Assembly (NCBI GenBank): GCA_046582655.1
Contig: JAYGDX010000346.1
Span: 1 to 64,000 of the forward strand
Length of the DNA stretch: 64,000 bases
Reading direction: 5' to 3'
DNA from: Candidatus Poribacteria bacterium
Lineage (GTDB): Bacteria > Poribacteria > WGA-4E > UBA9662
Part shown: piece after piece, positions 63,274 through 64,000 of the stretch
How the letters are laid out: each line of letters starts with the position of its first letter
Position numbering within the stretch: position 1 is the first letter of the stretch
The notes under the pieces: model-generated
Seen by the model: the letters and a program-made list of their open reading frames with translations, nothing else
What the model was told of the DNA's origin: nothing
Database searches by the model: none
Made by a program: the position numbers and the translations under genes

Positions 63274-64000
63274 ATCGATTCTGTATGTGTTCATGCGCAT
63301 GCGAAGATTAACTTACATCTTGAGGTTATTAGAAAGCGTGTAGATGGGTACCATGAAATCGAAACCATTTTTCATTCGCTGGCGCTGCATGACGATGTCG
63401 ATATTATAAAACGTTGTGACGCAAGAATTCGAGTTTCTTGCCATGACGCAAGAATTCCATCGGACAATCGGAATCTTGCATATCAGGCAGCGGAGTTGTT
63501 TTGCCAGCAAGTACCTACAACGGGCGGAATTGATATTAAAATAAAGAAGCGTATTCCTGTCGCTTCGGGACTGGCTGGTGGGAGCGCGGATGCTGCCGCA
63601 GTGCTTCTAGGTATGAACAAGCTCTTCGAATCAGGGTTAAATCTTGAAGGTTTAAAAAAAATCGGGTTAAGGTTGGGGGCAGATGTACCGTTTTGCCTGA
63701 CAGGTGGGGCTGCAGTTGGGCGTGGTGTTGGAGAAAATTTGACGACAATTTCTCCTTTGGAAGACGTTCCTATTCTACTTGTAAACCCCGGTCTGGAAAT
63801 TTCGGCTGCTTCAGCTTACCAAGGTTTGAATTTAGGATTATCCCGTCAACTAAGAGATGTTAGAATTAGTGCCAAGCATGTCAAAGAGGGTGATTTGGAA
63901 GAAGTATCTCAGTCACTATATAATTGTCTAGAAAGTTCAGTTTTCCAATCTTACCCAATCGTTGCGACTTTGAGGAATAAACTAGGTAGTTTGCCTGAAA
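63274..64000 (+). CDS. ispE: 4-diphosphocytidyl-2-C-methyl-D-erythritol kinase, partial (runs off the window end); probable ATC start
   Basis: Manual translation: (M)DSVCVHAHAKINLHLEVIRKRVDGYHEIETIFHS...NLAYQAA...KRIPVASGLAGGSADAAA...LGADVPFCL.GG.A.GRGVGE. Not in the ORF track. Confidence 0.95.
   Translation, partial: MDSVCVHAHAKINLHLEVIRKRVDGYHEIETIFHSLALHDDVDIIKRCDARIRVSCHDARIPSDNRNLAYQAAELFCQQVPTTGGIDIKIKKRIPVASGLAGGSADAAAVLLGMNKLFESGLNLEGLKKIGLRLGADVPFCLTGGAAVGRGVGENLTTISPLEDVPILLVNPGLEISAASAYQGLNLGLSRQLRDVRISAKHVKEGDLEEVSQSLYNCLESSVFQSYPIVATLRNKLGSLPE

Overview
This is a bacterial chromosomal window. It most likely comes from Candidatus Poribacteria. That is an inference from nine PhyH-family dioxygenase genes, secreted LamG proteins ending in a KLxxxWGxIK tail, and DUF6785, CRTAC1 and DUF1553/DUF1501 genes. 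The first ~54 kb is an accessory, metabolically mixed region of Fe(II)/2OG oxygenases, hydrolases, oxidoreductases and secreted proteins, and it holds about 13 decayed or frameshifted genes. The last 10 kb holds a stand-alone rpoB-rpoC pair with its own sigma70-type promoter, followed by ispE, which is cut by the window end. I found no rRNA, tRNA, CRISPR array or intact transposase. Main observations: (1) a four-copy in-frame repeat module sits at two distant sites of RNA polymerase beta-prime, with its tails swapped between the sites; (2) a shared C-terminal [K]-[LI]-x3-W-[GA]-x-[IM]-K tail on unrelated secreted proteins is a candidate sorting signal; (3) one PhyH paralog has a halogenase-like HxG iron motif; (4) ispE and a LamG gene apparently start at ATC and ATT; (5) RpoB carries substitutions in the rifamycin pocket; (6) a sulfatase-fold enzyme has Thr at the formylglycine position; (7) a 13-bp-stem hairpin interrupts a 2H phosphoesterase gene. 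All family calls come from motif recognition by eye; no searches were run.
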